DNA from: an uncultured bacterium
GTDB taxonomy: Bacteria; Verrucomicrobiota; Kiritimatiellia; RFP12; UBA1067
Reading direction: 5' to 3'
NCBI GenBank assembly: GCA_902800055.1
Contig: CADCCW010000016.1
Location: forward strand, 27,816-91,815
DNA length: 64,000 nt
A model generated the notes under the pieces. The model worked only from the letters and a program-made list of their open reading frames with translations. It was not told the origin of the DNA and ran no database searches. Below, in pieces: positions 18,111-27,134 of this stretch. The position numbers were made by a program, and so were the translations under genes. The first letter of the stretch is position 1. Each line of letters begins with the position of its first letter.

Positions 18111-18402
18111 TTGCGCGGAGCGGGGCATTTTTGATATACTACGCGCAATTTCTTCGAAAGAAGGGTCGCGATACGGGCAGGTAAATCCCGTCGCGTCGTG
18201 ACCGCCAAGCAGTTCGCTCGCGGTCGTGATGTCGGCCGCGAGCCTTGTTTTGGGGGGATGGCTGGGGCGAAACCCAGCTGCGAACGAAGCGCCGCAAAGG
18301 GCTTCTCGCGCCAACGCCAAGAGTCCGCCGGAAGGCGGCGGGCGCACGCGGAGATCGCAGCCGTCGAACCCCAGGAAACGAAAACAACAGAAAGGCAAAA
18401 GC
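18111..18402 (+). promoter_or_regulatory. S10 operon promoter and structured 5' leader of about 255 nt
   Basis: TTGCGC 18111, TATACT 18135; hairpins at 18216-18243, 18261-18278 and 18325-18338. Confidence 0.6.
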
Positions 18403-18711
18403 ATGCAGCAGCAGAGAGTACGCATCCGGCTCCAGGCATACGACCATCGTGTGCTTGACCAGGCCGTCGGTGGCATCATCGACACGGCCCGGAGCACCGG
18501 TGCGCAGGTGGTGGGGCCGATCCCGCTGCCGACGCGGGTCGAGCGCTTCACGGTGAACCGCTCGCCGAACGTCGACAAGAAGTCCATGGACCAGTTCGAG
18601 ATGAGGACGCACAAGCGCCTCCTCGACATCGTCAACCCGACGGCGCAGACGATCGACGAGCTCAAGAAGCTCAACCTTCCGGCCGGCGTAGACATCACCA
18701 TCAAGGTCTGA
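18403..18711 (+). CDS. rpsJ: 30S ribosomal protein S10
   Basis: [25 protein letters not shown]. Confidence 0.97.
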   Translation: MQQQRVRIRLQAYDHRVLDQAVGGIIDTARSTGAQVVGPIPLPTRVERFTVNRSPNVDKKSMDQFEMRTHKRLLDIVNPTAQTIDELKKLNLPAGVDITIKV

Positions 18712-18721
18712 GGAGGGTGTC

Positions 18722-19384
18722 ATGGAAGGCTTGATTGGCAAGAAGGTCGGAATGACCCAGGTCTACGACGCCGACGGCGTCAGGACCTGCGTGACGGTCA
18801 TCGAAGTGGGTCCCTGCCCGGTGGTCCAGCTCAAGACCCCGGAGAAGGACGGCTACTCGGCGGCGCAGGTGGGCTTTGGCCCGCAGAAGCCGCAGCGCCT
18901 GGCGAAGGCGGAGCGCACGCGCTTCGAGAAGGCCGGCGTCGGGGCGCTCAAGGTGCTCAAGGAGTTCGCGCTCGACGAGGGCGAGACCCTGGAGGTCGGC
19001 CAGGCGGTGACTGTGGCCAACTTCGAGGGCGTCAAGTACGTGGACGTGACGGGCATGACCAAGGGCAAGGGCTTCGCGGGCGTCCTCAAGAAGTGGGGCT
19101 TCGCCGGCGGCAACATGACCCACGGCGGCCACTCGAAGCGCAGGACCGGCGGCCTCGCGGCGCGCGACCTGCCCGGCTGGATCGAGAAGGGCAAGAAGAT
19201 GCCCGGCGACATGGGCGACGTGAGCCGCAAGGCCATGAACCTCGAGGTCGTTGCGATCCGCCCCGAGGACAACGCGCTGCTCGTGAAGGGGTCGATTCCC
19301 GGCGCCCGGAACGGCATCGTGTTCGTGCGCAAGTCCCTCAAGAACAACGTGGTCGCGGCCAAGGCCGCGAAAGGGGGGAAGTAA
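18722..19384 (+). CDS. rplC: 50S ribosomal protein L3
   Basis: GKKVGMTQ, DGYSAAQVG, KGKGFAG, KKMPG. Confidence 0.97.
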   Translation: MEGLIGKKVGMTQVYDADGVRTCVTVIEVGPCPVVQLKTPEKDGYSAAQVGFGPQKPQRLAKAERTRFEKAGVGALKVLKEFALDEGETLEVGQAVTVANFEGVKYVDVTGMTKGKGFAGVLKKWGFAGGNMTHGGHSKRRTGGLAARDLPGWIEKGKKMPGDMGDVSRKAMNLEVVAIRPEDNALLVKGSIPGARNGIVFVRKSLKNNVVAAKAAKGGK

Positions 19385-19387
19385 GCC

Positions 19388-19981
19388 ATGCAGAAGATTG
19401 AAGTCGCTTACGACGAGTCGCAGCTGACGCTCGACAAGGGCGCGCAGGCGGTGAAGGACGCGGTGACCGCGATCCGCAACGCGATGCGCGCCGGCACGGC
19501 GTCCACCAAGTCCAAGGGCGAGGTGGCCGGCTCCAACAAGAAGCCGTGGAAGCAGAAGGGCACGGGCAACGCCCGCGCCGGCTTCCGCCAGAGCCCGGTG
19601 TGGCGCGGCGGCGGCGTGGCGCACGGCCCCCACCCGCGCTCCTACGAGCAGAAGGTGAACAAGAAGGTGATGAAGCTCGCGTTCGCGCGCGCGTTCTCCG
19701 ACAAGCTGAAGGCCGGCGACGTGATCGTGGTCGACGAGTTCAAGCTCGAGGCCCCGAAGACGAAGCTGATGGCCGCGTTCCTGAAGACGCTCGGCGTGGA
19801 TCGCACGGCGGTGATCGTGCAGAAGGACGTGGACGACACGGTGGTGCTGGCGATGTCCAACCTGCCGCGGATCGACTACTCGACGGCGCAGGCGCTCGAC
19901 GTCTACGCGGTCCTCGCGAACCGCAAGCTCGTCTGCGACAAGGCGGCGTTCGACGCGCTCATGGCCCGCATCGCCAAGTAA
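19388..19981 (+). CDS. rplD: 50S ribosomal protein L4
   Basis: KPWKQKGTGNARAG, WRGGG. Confidence 0.97.
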   Translation: MQKIEVAYDESQLTLDKGAQAVKDAVTAIRNAMRAGTASTKSKGEVAGSNKKPWKQKGTGNARAGFRQSPVWRGGGVAHGPHPRSYEQKVNKKVMKLAFARAFSDKLKAGDVIVVDEFKLEAPKTKLMAAFLKTLGVDRTAVIVQKDVDDTVVLAMSNLPRIDYSTAQALDVYAVLANRKLVCDKAAFDALMARIAK

Positions 19982-19994
19982 GGAGGGAAGAGTC

Positions 19995-20297
19995 ATGACG
20001 AAGCAGGAGCTTAAGGAAAAGACGAACGGCGTCGTGCTCGACGTGCTGATCACCGAGAAGGGCTCGCGGATCTCGGCCGAGAACCGCTATCCGCTCGAGG
20101 TGGCGCGCGACGCGCGCAAGCCGGTCATCGCCGAGATGGTCGAGAAGGCCTTCGGCGTGCACGTGCTCAAGGTGCGCACCGCCAACATGAAGGGCGGCAT
20201 GAGGTATGTGCGCGGCACCCGCCGCGCGGTCGCGGAGCCGACCTGGAAGAAGGCGATCGTCACCGTCAGGGGCGGCGAGCGCATCGAGCTCGCGTAA
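19995..20297 (+). CDS. rplW: 50S ribosomal protein L23
   Basis: ITEK, WKKAIV; operon position. Confidence 0.92.
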   Translation: MTKQELKEKTNGVVLDVLITEKGSRISAENRYPLEVARDARKPVIAEMVEKAFGVHVLKVRTANMKGGMRYVRGTRRAVAEPTWKKAIVTVRGGERIELA

Positions 20298-20311
20298 GGG
20301 AGACTGAAGAT

Positions 20312-21136
20312 ATGGCACTGAAAAAGTACAAAGCCCGCTCGTGCGGCATGCGGTTCCGCGAGTCCGCGACGTTCGAGGAGATCACCGAGAAGAGCCCGGT
20401 GAAGCGCCTGACGGTGGCGGTCCGCAAGACCGCCGGCCGCAACAACCAGGGCCGCATCACCGTCCGCCACCGCGGCGGCGGCGCCAAGCAGCGCCTGAGG
20501 ATCGTCGACTTCAAGCGCCGGAAGGAGGGCGTGGAGGCGACGGTGAAGGACATCGCCTACGACCCCACCCGCAGCGCCTACCTGGCGCTCATCGAGTACG
20601 CCGACGGCGAGAAGAGCTACATCCTCGCGCCCGAGGGTCTCAAGCAGGGCATGAAGGTCATGAACGGCGCGAAGGCCGAGGCGACGGTCGGAAACTGCCT
20701 GCCGCTCTCGCAGATCCCGCTGGGCCTGACGGTCCACGCGATCGAGCTCGTCCCGGGCCAGGGCGCGAAGGTCGCCCGCTCCGCCGGCAACGCCTGCCAG
20801 GTGATGGCGCGCGACGGCGGCCGGGTGACGCTCAAGATGCCCTCCGGAGAGGTGAGGATCTTCGACGGCCGCTGCCGCGCCTGCGTCGGCTCGGTCGGCA
20901 ACAAGGACTGGGGCTCGATCAAGCTCGGCAAGGCCGGCCGCAAGCGCTACCTCGGCATCCGCCCGACGGTGCGCGGCGTCGCGATGAACCCGGTCGACCA
21001 CCCGATGGGCGGCGGCGAGGGCCGCACGTCCGGCGGCAGCCATCCGCGTTCGCCGTGGGGCCAGCTCGCGAAGGGCGGCAAGACCCGCGCGAAGAGGAAG
21101 GCGTCCGACAAGGTCATCGTCAAGAGGAGGAAGTAA
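20312..21136 (+). CDS. rplB: 50S ribosomal protein L2
   Basis: GRNNQGRIT, RGVAMNPVDHPMGGGEG. Confidence 0.98.
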   Translation: MALKKYKARSCGMRFRESATFEEITEKSPVKRLTVAVRKTAGRNNQGRITVRHRGGGAKQRLRIVDFKRRKEGVEATVKDIAYDPTRSAYLALIEYADGEKSYILAPEGLKQGMKVMNGAKAEATVGNCLPLSQIPLGLTVHAIELVPGQGAKVARSAGNACQVMARDGGRVTLKMPSGEVRIFDGRCRACVGSVGNKDWGSIKLGKAGRKRYLGIRPTVRGVAMNPVDHPMGGGEGRTSGGSHPRSPWGQLAKGGKTRAKRKASDKVIVKRRK

Positions 21137-21139
21137 TCC

Positions 21140-21418
21140 ATGAGTCGTTCTCTCAAGAAGGGACCTTATGTCGAGGAGAGCCTCCTCCGCAAGGTCGAGA
21201 AGATGCAGGCGAGCGGCAAGAAGCAGCCGATCAAGACCTGGAGCCGCCGTTCGATGGTGCTCCCGGACTTCGTGGGTCTCACGTTTGCGATCCACAACGG
21301 CCGCCAGCACATGCCGGTCTTCATAACGGAAAACATGGTCGGGCACCGGCTCGGCGAGTTCGCCCCCACGCGCACGTTCAAGGCGCACGGCAACTCGGCG
21401 GCCAAGGCCGAAAAGTAA
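21140..21418 (+). CDS. rpsS: 30S ribosomal protein S19
   Basis: [25 protein letters not shown]. Confidence 0.98.
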   Translation: MSRSLKKGPYVEESLLRKVEKMQASGKKQPIKTWSRRSMVLPDFVGLTFAIHNGRQHMPVFITENMVGHRLGEFAPTRTFKAHGNSAAKAEK

Positions 21419-21430
21419 GGGAAGTGAGCT

Positions 21431-21925
21431 ATGACGTTCCTTTATAGAATCAGCAAGAACGGCGCCGCGGCCGAGGGGTGCATCTCGGCCGGCTCCGAGC
21501 AGGAGGCGGGCGCCAAGCTCGAGGCGAAGTTCCCGCAGGGGTCGAAGGTCAAGGTCCTCGGCCTCGAGCGGGCGTACGTGGCCACCACCCGCAACTCGCG
21601 GATGTCGGCGTTCAAGGGCCGCCCGCTCGCCGGCGCGTGCCAGGGTCTGAAGGCCTCGGAGGCGCTGAAGATAGTGGAGTTCTCGCCCAAGAAGGCGGCG
21701 CAGATCATCAAGAAGACCATCCTGAGCGCGATGGCGAACGCGTCGAACAACGACGGCGTCGCCGACGCGGGCTCGCTCAAGGTGCACCTCTGCGTGCTCG
21801 AGGAGTCGGTCCGCATGCGCCGCTACTGGCCCACTGCCCGCGGCTCTGCCCACCCGATTGCGCGGCGCCTGTGCCACTGCCGGGTGATTCTCGTGGACGC
21901 GAAGAAGGGGAAGGAGTCTAAGTAA
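21431..21925 (+). CDS. rplV: 50S ribosomal protein L22 with an N-terminal extension of about 45 aa
   Basis: L22 core ([22 protein letters not shown]) begins after about residue 48; lies between rpsS and rpsC. Confidence 0.9.
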   Translation: MTFLYRISKNGAAAEGCISAGSEQEAGAKLEAKFPQGSKVKVLGLERAYVATTRNSRMSAFKGRPLAGACQGLKASEALKIVEFSPKKAAQIIKKTILSAMANASNNDGVADAGSLKVHLCVLEESVRMRRYWPTARGSAHPIARRLCHCRVILVDAKKGKESK

Positions 21926-22620
21926 TGGGACAGAAAGTCAATCCGATCGGCTTCCGCGTCGGCGTCAACCACGCCTGGGGCAGCCGCTGGTTCGCGCCCA
22001 AGAAGACGTTCGGCGCGCTGCTCATCGAGGACCAGAAGATCCGCGACGTGTGCAAGAAGGAGTTCGCCGAGGCCGGCGTCTCCAAGATCCTCGTCGAGCG
22101 CTTTGCGAATCGCGTCCGGGTGACGCTCTTCAGCGCGCGCCCCGGCGTGATCATCGGCCGCAAGGGCGTTGACGCCGAGGTCGTCCGCAAGAAGCTCGAG
22201 CAGCTGACCAAGAAGGAGGTCTACATCGACGTCAAGGAGGTCGCGGGGGCCGATGCCGACGCGCAGCTCGTCGCCGAGTCGATCGCCCAGCAGCTTGAGC
22301 GCCGCATCATGCTCAAGCGCGCGATGAAGCGCGCGCAGAAGGTGGCGATGGACATGGGCGTCGACGGCGTCAAGATCCACGCCGGCGGCCGCATCAACGG
22401 CGCGGAGATCGCGCGCGTCGAGTGGTCGCGCGAGGGCAAGGTGCCGCTGCACACCCTGAGGGCGAACATCGACTACGGGTTCGCGGAGGCCAACACCACC
22501 GCCGGCAAGATCGGCATCAAGGTGTGGATCTGCAAGAAGGAAGGTTTCCAGGCGCGGGCGCCGCGCGGCGAGCGCCGCGAAGGCCGCCGCGAGCGCGGGG
22601 ACCGCAAGGAGAGGAGCTAA
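21925..22620 (+). CDS. rpsC: 30S ribosomal protein S3
   Basis: [22 protein letters not shown]. Confidence 0.98.
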   Translation: MGQKVNPIGFRVGVNHAWGSRWFAPKKTFGALLIEDQKIRDVCKKEFAEAGVSKILVERFANRVRVTLFSARPGVIIGRKGVDAEVVRKKLEQLTKKEVYIDVKEVAGADADAQLVAESIAQQLERRIMLKRAMKRAQKVAMDMGVDGVKIHAGGRINGAEIARVEWSREGKVPLHTLRANIDYGFAEANTTAGKIGIKVWICKKEGFQARAPRGERREGRRERGDRKERS

Positions 22621-22623
22621 GCC

Positions 22624-23046
22624 ATGCCGCTGATGCCCAAGAGAGTAAAGTACCGCAAGGTTTCCAAGGGCAACCGCTCCGGCTACGCCACTTCGGGGAC
22701 TGAGCTCGCGTACGGCGAGTTCGGCCTCAAGGCGCTCACCCGCGGGCTGCTCACGGCCACCCAGATCGAGGCGTGCCGTGTGGCGATCAACCGCGAGATG
22801 AAGCGCAAGGGCAAGCTCTGGATCCGCGTGTTCCCCGACAAGCCGGTCACCCGCAAGCCGATCGAAGTGCGTATGGGCGGGGGCAAGGGCAACCCGGAGT
22901 TCTGGGCTGCCGTCATCCTCCCCGGCAAGGTGCTCTTCGAGGTCGGCGGCGTCAGCGAGGAGGTCGCCAAGGAGTGCCTCCGCCTCGCCGCCACCAAGAT
23001 CGGCATCCACACCAAGTTCATAACCCGCGCAGGAGTAAAGATCTGA
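22624..23046 (+). CDS. rplP: 50S ribosomal protein L16
   Basis: [15 protein letters not shown]. Confidence 0.98.
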   Translation: MPLMPKRVKYRKVSKGNRSGYATSGTELAYGEFGLKALTRGLLTATQIEACRVAINREMKRKGKLWIRVFPDKPVTRKPIEVRMGGGKGNPEFWAAVILPGKVLFEVGGVSEEVAKECLRLAATKIGIHTKFITRAGVKI

Positions 23047-23297
23047 TGAGCACGGAAAACAACACCCGCGGCGCCCGCAAGCTCAGGAAGGGCGTCGTCG
23101 TCTCCAAGTCCGGCGCCAAGACCGTCAAGGTCGCGGTCTCGTACCGCGAGCGCCATCCCGTGTACGGCAAGATCGTCACGCGCACGAAGAACTACCACGT
23201 GCACGACGAGGCCGACACCGCCAAGGTCGGCGACGTCGTCGCCATCATGGAAACCCGTCCGCTTTCGGCCACCAAGCGCTGGCGGATCGTGAAGTAA
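23046..23297 (+). CDS. rpsQ: 30S ribosomal protein S17
   Basis: HPVYGK, ETRPLSATKRW; TGATG overlap with rplP. Confidence 0.96.
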   Translation: MSTENNTRGARKLRKGVVVSKSGAKTVKVAVSYRERHPVYGKIVTRTKNYHVHDEADTAKVGDVVAIMETRPLSATKRWRIVK

Positions 23298-23310
23298 AGG
23301 AGCAAACGCC

Positions 23311-23676
23311 ATGCTTCAGGAACTCTCCAACCTAGTGGTTGCGGACAACACGGGCGCCAAGCGCGCGATGTGCTTCCGCATCCTCAAGCAGCGCAAGGAG
23401 TACGCGCACCTCGGCGACGTCATCCGCGTCGCGATCAAGGAGGCGTCGCCGACCTCTTCCATCAAGAAGGGCTCGGTCGCCACCGCCGTCATCATCCGCA
23501 CCGGCAACCCCATCCGCCGCGCGGACGGCTCGACGGTCCACTTCGACCAGAACGCCTGCGTCCTCGTCGACTCGAAGCTCAACCCCATCGGCACCCGCGT
23601 CTTCGGGCCGGTGGCGCGCGAGCTCCGCGAAAAGAACTACATGAAGATCCTCTCGATGGCCCCGGAAGTGGTCTGA
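23311..23676 (+). CDS. rplN: 50S ribosomal protein L14
   Basis: VADNTGA, GTRVFGPVARELR. Confidence 0.98.
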   Translation: MLQELSNLVVADNTGAKRAMCFRILKQRKEYAHLGDVIRVAIKEASPTSSIKKGSVATAVIIRTGNPIRRADGSTVHFDQNACVLVDSKLNPIGTRVFGPVARELREKNYMKILSMAPEVV

Positions 23677-23693
23677 CGAAAAGGAGCAGTCAT

Positions 23694-24005
23694 ATGGCTA
23701 TCGCAAGAATCAGGAAGAACGACACCGTGATCGTCGTCAGCGGCAATGACGCCGGCAAGACGGGCACGGTCGTCAGGGTCGACCCCAAGAAGGGCGTCGC
23801 CGTCGTCGGCGGCATCAACGTGCACAAGAAGGCGATGCGCCGGACGGAGAAGACCCCGGGCGGCATCATCGACGTCGAGCTGCCGATCCGCCTCTGCAAG
23901 CTCATGCCCTACGACGCCGAGAAGAAGTGCGGCACGCGGGTCAAGACCGGGGAGAAGGAGGGCAAGAAGGCCCGCGTCTCCATCAAGAGCGGCAAGGCCC
24001 TCTAA
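23694..24005 (+). CDS. rplX: 50S ribosomal protein L24
   Basis: KOW motif DTVIVVSGNDAGKTG. Confidence 0.95.
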   Translation: MAIARIRKNDTVIVVSGNDAGKTGTVVRVDPKKGVAVVGGINVHKKAMRRTEKTPGGIIDVELPIRLCKLMPYDAEKKCGTRVKTGEKEGKKARVSIKSGKAL

Positions 24006-24022
24006 GGAAGGAACAGGACATC

Positions 24023-24556
24023 ATGGCAAGACTCAAGGACGAATACGCGAGCCGCATCGTGCCCGAGCTCGAGAAGAAGCTGGGCACGACCAACCGGATG
24101 CTCGTTCCGCGCCTCCAGAAGATCGTCATCAACATGGGCTTCGGCATCGTCACCAAGGACGAGCAGAAGGCCCTGGTGGACGACCTGGCGGCCATCACCG
24201 GCCAGCGCCCGATGCTCTGCCGCGCGAAGAAGTCGATCTCGAACTTCAAGCTGCGCGAGGGCATGGTCATCGGCGCCAAGGTCACGCTGCGCGGGGAGCG
24301 CATGTGGGAGTTCGCCGACCGGCTGATCTCCGCCGCGCTTCCGAGGATCCGCGACTTCCGCGGCGTCCCCAACCGCGGCTTCGACGGCGCCGGCAACTAC
24401 ACCCTCGGCGTGAAGGAGCACACGATCTTCCCCGAGCTGGTGGAGTCCTCGGCCCACTCCGGCATGGACATCACGTTCGTGACCAGCTCGACCGACAACA
24501 AGGCCTGCAAGGAGCTTCTCGTCTCCATGGGCATGCCGTTCGCAGGAAGGAACTAA
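24023..24556 (+). CDS. rplE: 50S ribosomal protein L5
   Basis: KIVINMG, ITGQRP, LPRIRDFRG. Confidence 0.98.
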   Translation: MARLKDEYASRIVPELEKKLGTTNRMLVPRLQKIVINMGFGIVTKDEQKALVDDLAAITGQRPMLCRAKKSISNFKLREGMVIGAKVTLRGERMWEFADRLISAALPRIRDFRGVPNRGFDGAGNYTLGVKEHTIFPELVESSAHSGMDITFVTSSTDNKACKELLVSMGMPFAGRN

Positions 24557-24559
24557 GCC

Positions 24560-24745
24560 ATGGCAAAACAGTGTCTCATCGAAAAGCAGAAGCGCGCGCC
24601 GAAGTTCAAGGTCCGCGCCTACAACCGCTGCCAGCGCTGCGGACGCCGCCACGCGTACCTGCGCAAGTTCGGCGTCTGCCGCCTCTGCTTCCGCGAACTC
24701 GCCGTCGCCGGCCTCATCCCCGGCGTGACCAAGGCCTCGTGGTAA
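24560..24745 (+). CDS. rpsN: 30S ribosomal protein S14, zinc-binding (type Z)
   Basis: RCQRCGR...CRLCFR; 61 aa. Confidence 0.97.
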   Translation: MAKQCLIEKQKRAPKFKVRAYNRCQRCGRRHAYLRKFGVCRLCFRELAVAGLIPGVTKASW

Positions 24746-24767
24746 ACCAAGGAAAGGAATCGACGTT

Positions 24768-25160
24768 ATGACTATGGATCCCATTTCCGACATGCTCACG
24801 ACGATCCGCAACGGGCTGAAGGCCCGCCTCTACTCCGTCGAGATCCCCGCGAGCAGGCTTAAGGGCGAAATCGCCCGCGTCATGAAGGATGCCGGCTACA
24901 TCGCCGACTACGCCATGACCACGGAGTTCCCCCGCAAGCTCGTGATCACGCTCAAGTACACCGCGAAGGCGAAGCCCGCCATCACGGAGCTCAAGCGCGT
25001 CTCCAAGCCGGGCCTGCGCCACTACGTTAGCACCGCCAAGATCCCCGCCGTCCTCGACGGCATGGGGCTCGCGATCCTCTCCACCTCGAAGGGCGTCATG
25101 TCCGGCGTCGAGGCGAAGAAGGAGAAGCTCGGCGGCGAGGTAATCTGCACGGTCGCCTAA
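24768..25160 (+). CDS. rpsH: 30S ribosomal protein S8
   Basis: DPISDMLTTIRN, SKPGLR, STSKG, GGEV. Confidence 0.98.
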   Translation: MTMDPISDMLTTIRNGLKARLYSVEIPASRLKGEIARVMKDAGYIADYAMTTEFPRKLVITLKYTAKAKPAITELKRVSKPGLRHYVSTAKIPAVLDGMGLAILSTSKGVMSGVEAKKEKLGGEVICTVA

Positions 25161-25176
25161 TTGAGGAGTCAAGAAC

Positions 25177-26079
25177 ATGTCTCGAATCGGTAAAGAACCC
25201 GTCAAGCTCGCCGATGGCGTCACCGCCTCGGTCTCGGGCCAGACGGTGACGGTCAAGGGCAAGCTCGGCGAGCTCTCGTACACGATGCACGAGGGCATCA
25301 CCGCGAAGGTGGAGGACGGCTCGGTCGTCGTCTCCTGCGCCGACGACAAGGCGCTCGGCGCCTTCCACGGCCTCGCCCGCGCGCTGATCAACAACATGGC
25401 GGTCGGCGTCTCGCAGGGCTTCCAGAAGCAGCTCTCGATCGAGGGCACCGGCTTCAAGGCGGTCCTGAAGGGCAAGGAGCTGGCGCTTTCGCTCGGCTTC
25501 GCGTCGCCCAAGGTCTTCGCGATCCCGGACGGCCTCACGGTCACGGTCGAGAACGACGGGCTGCAGGTGACGATCAAGGGCTGCGACAAGCAGATGGTCG
25601 GCGAGGCCGCCGCGCGCATCCGCTCGTACTACCCGGCCGAGCCCTACAAGGGCAAGGGCATCAAGTACGTCGGCGAGCACATCCGCCGCAAACAGGGCAA
25701 GAAGGTAGGAGAGCAACTTATGTTCAATCGCAAAGTCCAGCGCCAGAAGAGGCATCTCCGCCTCCGCCAGCGCATCGTCGGCACCGCGGCGCGTCCGCGC
25801 ATGTCGATCTGCGTCACCAACAAGAACATGTACGTGCAGTTCATCGACGACGACGCCGGGCGCACGCTCGCCCAGGCAAACTCGCTCAAGGACGACAAGG
25901 CCAACCTCGGCGTCGCCAAGGAGCTCGGCTCCCGCGCCGCGGAGGCCGCGAAGGCCGCCGGCATCTCGGTCGTGGTCGTCGACCGCGGCGGACGCAAGTA
26001 CACCGGCCGCGTCGCGGCGATCGTCGAGGCCGCCGTCGCCGGCGGGATTTCGATCTCGGCCAAGAAGGAGGAGAAGTAA
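25177..26079 (+). CDS. rplF: Single ORF encoding L6 (rplF) fused in frame to L18 (rplR, internal ATG at 25720)
   Basis: MSRIGK...PYKGKGIKY..RRKQGKK then VGEQL-MFNRK...RPRMSI...DRGGRKYTGRV with no stop between. Confidence 0.9.
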   Translation: MSRIGKEPVKLADGVTASVSGQTVTVKGKLGELSYTMHEGITAKVEDGSVVVSCADDKALGAFHGLARALINNMAVGVSQGFQKQLSIEGTGFKAVLKGKELALSLGFASPKVFAIPDGLTVTVENDGLQVTIKGCDKQMVGEAAARIRSYYPAEPYKGKGIKYVGEHIRRKQGKKVGEQLMFNRKVQRQKRHLRLRQRIVGTAARPRMSICVTNKNMYVQFIDDDAGRTLAQANSLKDDKANLGVAKELGSRAAEAAKAAGISVVVVDRGGRKYTGRVAAIVEAAVAGGISISAKKEEK

Positions 26080-26082
26080 GCC

Positions 26083-26571
26083 ATGGCATACAATCGTGAC
26101 AAGCGCGAGGCGCAGGAAGACGCGCTCGACGAGCACACCGTCTTCATCAACCGCTGCGCCAAGACCGTGAAGGGCGGCCGCCGCATGAGCTTCTCAGCCG
26201 TCATCGTCGTCGGCGACAAGGAAGGCAGCGTCGGAGTCGGCTTCGGCAAGGCCAACGAGGTCGCCGACGCCATCCGCAAGGGCGGCGAGGCCGCCCGCAA
26301 GGCGATGCGCAAGGTGGTGATGAAGGGCTCGTCGATCCCGCACGACGTCGAGGGCGTCTGCGACGGCGGCCGCGTCATCCTCAAGCCGGCTCCCGCCGGC
26401 ACCGGCCTCATCGTCGGCGGCGGCATGCGCCCCGTCCTCGAGGCGGTCGGCATCCGCGACGCCGTCGGCAAGTCGCTTGGCTCCAAGAACCGCCTCAACG
26501 TGGTCAAGGCCACGCTCAACGCGCTCTCCAAGCTCCGCTCGGCGGAGGAGATCGCCGCGATCAGGGCGTAA
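26083..26571 (+). CDS. rpsE: 30S ribosomal protein S5
   Basis: KTVKGGRR, PAPAGTG. Confidence 0.98.
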   Translation: MAYNRDKREAQEDALDEHTVFINRCAKTVKGGRRMSFSAVIVVGDKEGSVGVGFGKANEVADAIRKGGEAARKAMRKVVMKGSSIPHDVEGVCDGGRVILKPAPAGTGLIVGGGMRPVLEAVGIRDAVGKSLGSKNRLNVVKATLNALSKLRSAEEIAAIRA

Positions 26572-26591
26572 CGCCGAAAGGAGAACACAGG

Positions 26592-27032
26592 ATGGAACTC
26601 AGCAACCTTACCAACACCCCGGGTGCCCGCAAGACCAGGAAGCGCGTCGGCCGCGGCTGCGGCTCGGGCCTCGGCAAGACCGCCGGCAGGGGCCAGAAGG
26701 GCCAGCAGAGCCGCAAGGGCCACAAGCACAAGCTCGTCTTTGAAGGCGGCCAGATGCCGCTCGTCCGTCGCCTCCCGAAGCGCGGCTTCAACAACGCCGC
26801 GTTCGCCGCGAAGGCGCTCGCCGTCAACCTCGCCGACCTCGAGAAGAAGTTCGAGACCGGCGCGGAGATCACCGTCGCCGCGCTCGCCAAGGCCGGCTTC
26901 TCGGACAACAAGCGCCCGAAGGTCAAGATCCTCGGCAAGGGCTCGGTCACCAAGAAGTTCTCGGTGAAGGGCGTGCCTTGCTCCGCCACCGCCAAGGCCG
27001 CCATCGAGGCCGCCGGCGGCTCGGTGGCCTAA
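26592..27032 (+). CDS. rplO: 50S ribosomal protein L15
   Basis: RVGRGCGSG, FEGGQMPLVRRLPKRGF. Confidence 0.98.
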   Translation: MELSNLTNTPGARKTRKRVGRGCGSGLGKTAGRGQKGQQSRKGHKHKLVFEGGQMPLVRRLPKRGFNNAAFAAKALAVNLADLEKKFETGAEITVAALAKAGFSDNKRPKVKILGKGSVTKKFSVKGVPCSATAKAAIEAAGGSVA

Positions 27033-27050
27033 GGCGTCTCGCATAGGCCA

Positions 27051-27099
27051 GGACAAAAAGCCCCCTCCCCGCGTTGCGGCGAGGGGCGTTTTTTTGTCC
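27051..27099 (+). terminator. Intrinsic terminator after rplO, possibly bidirectional
   Basis: A-tract, GC stem cccctc...gagggg, then T-tract. Confidence 0.75.
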
Positions 27100-27134
27100 C
27101 AAAACCAGGCCGTGAATATGGTATAATACGCACT

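Noticed and set aside
18141-18402. tRNA or other known stable RNA upstream of rpsJ
   Set aside because: No cloverleaf, T-arm or CCA pattern recognised; kept only as a candidate leader
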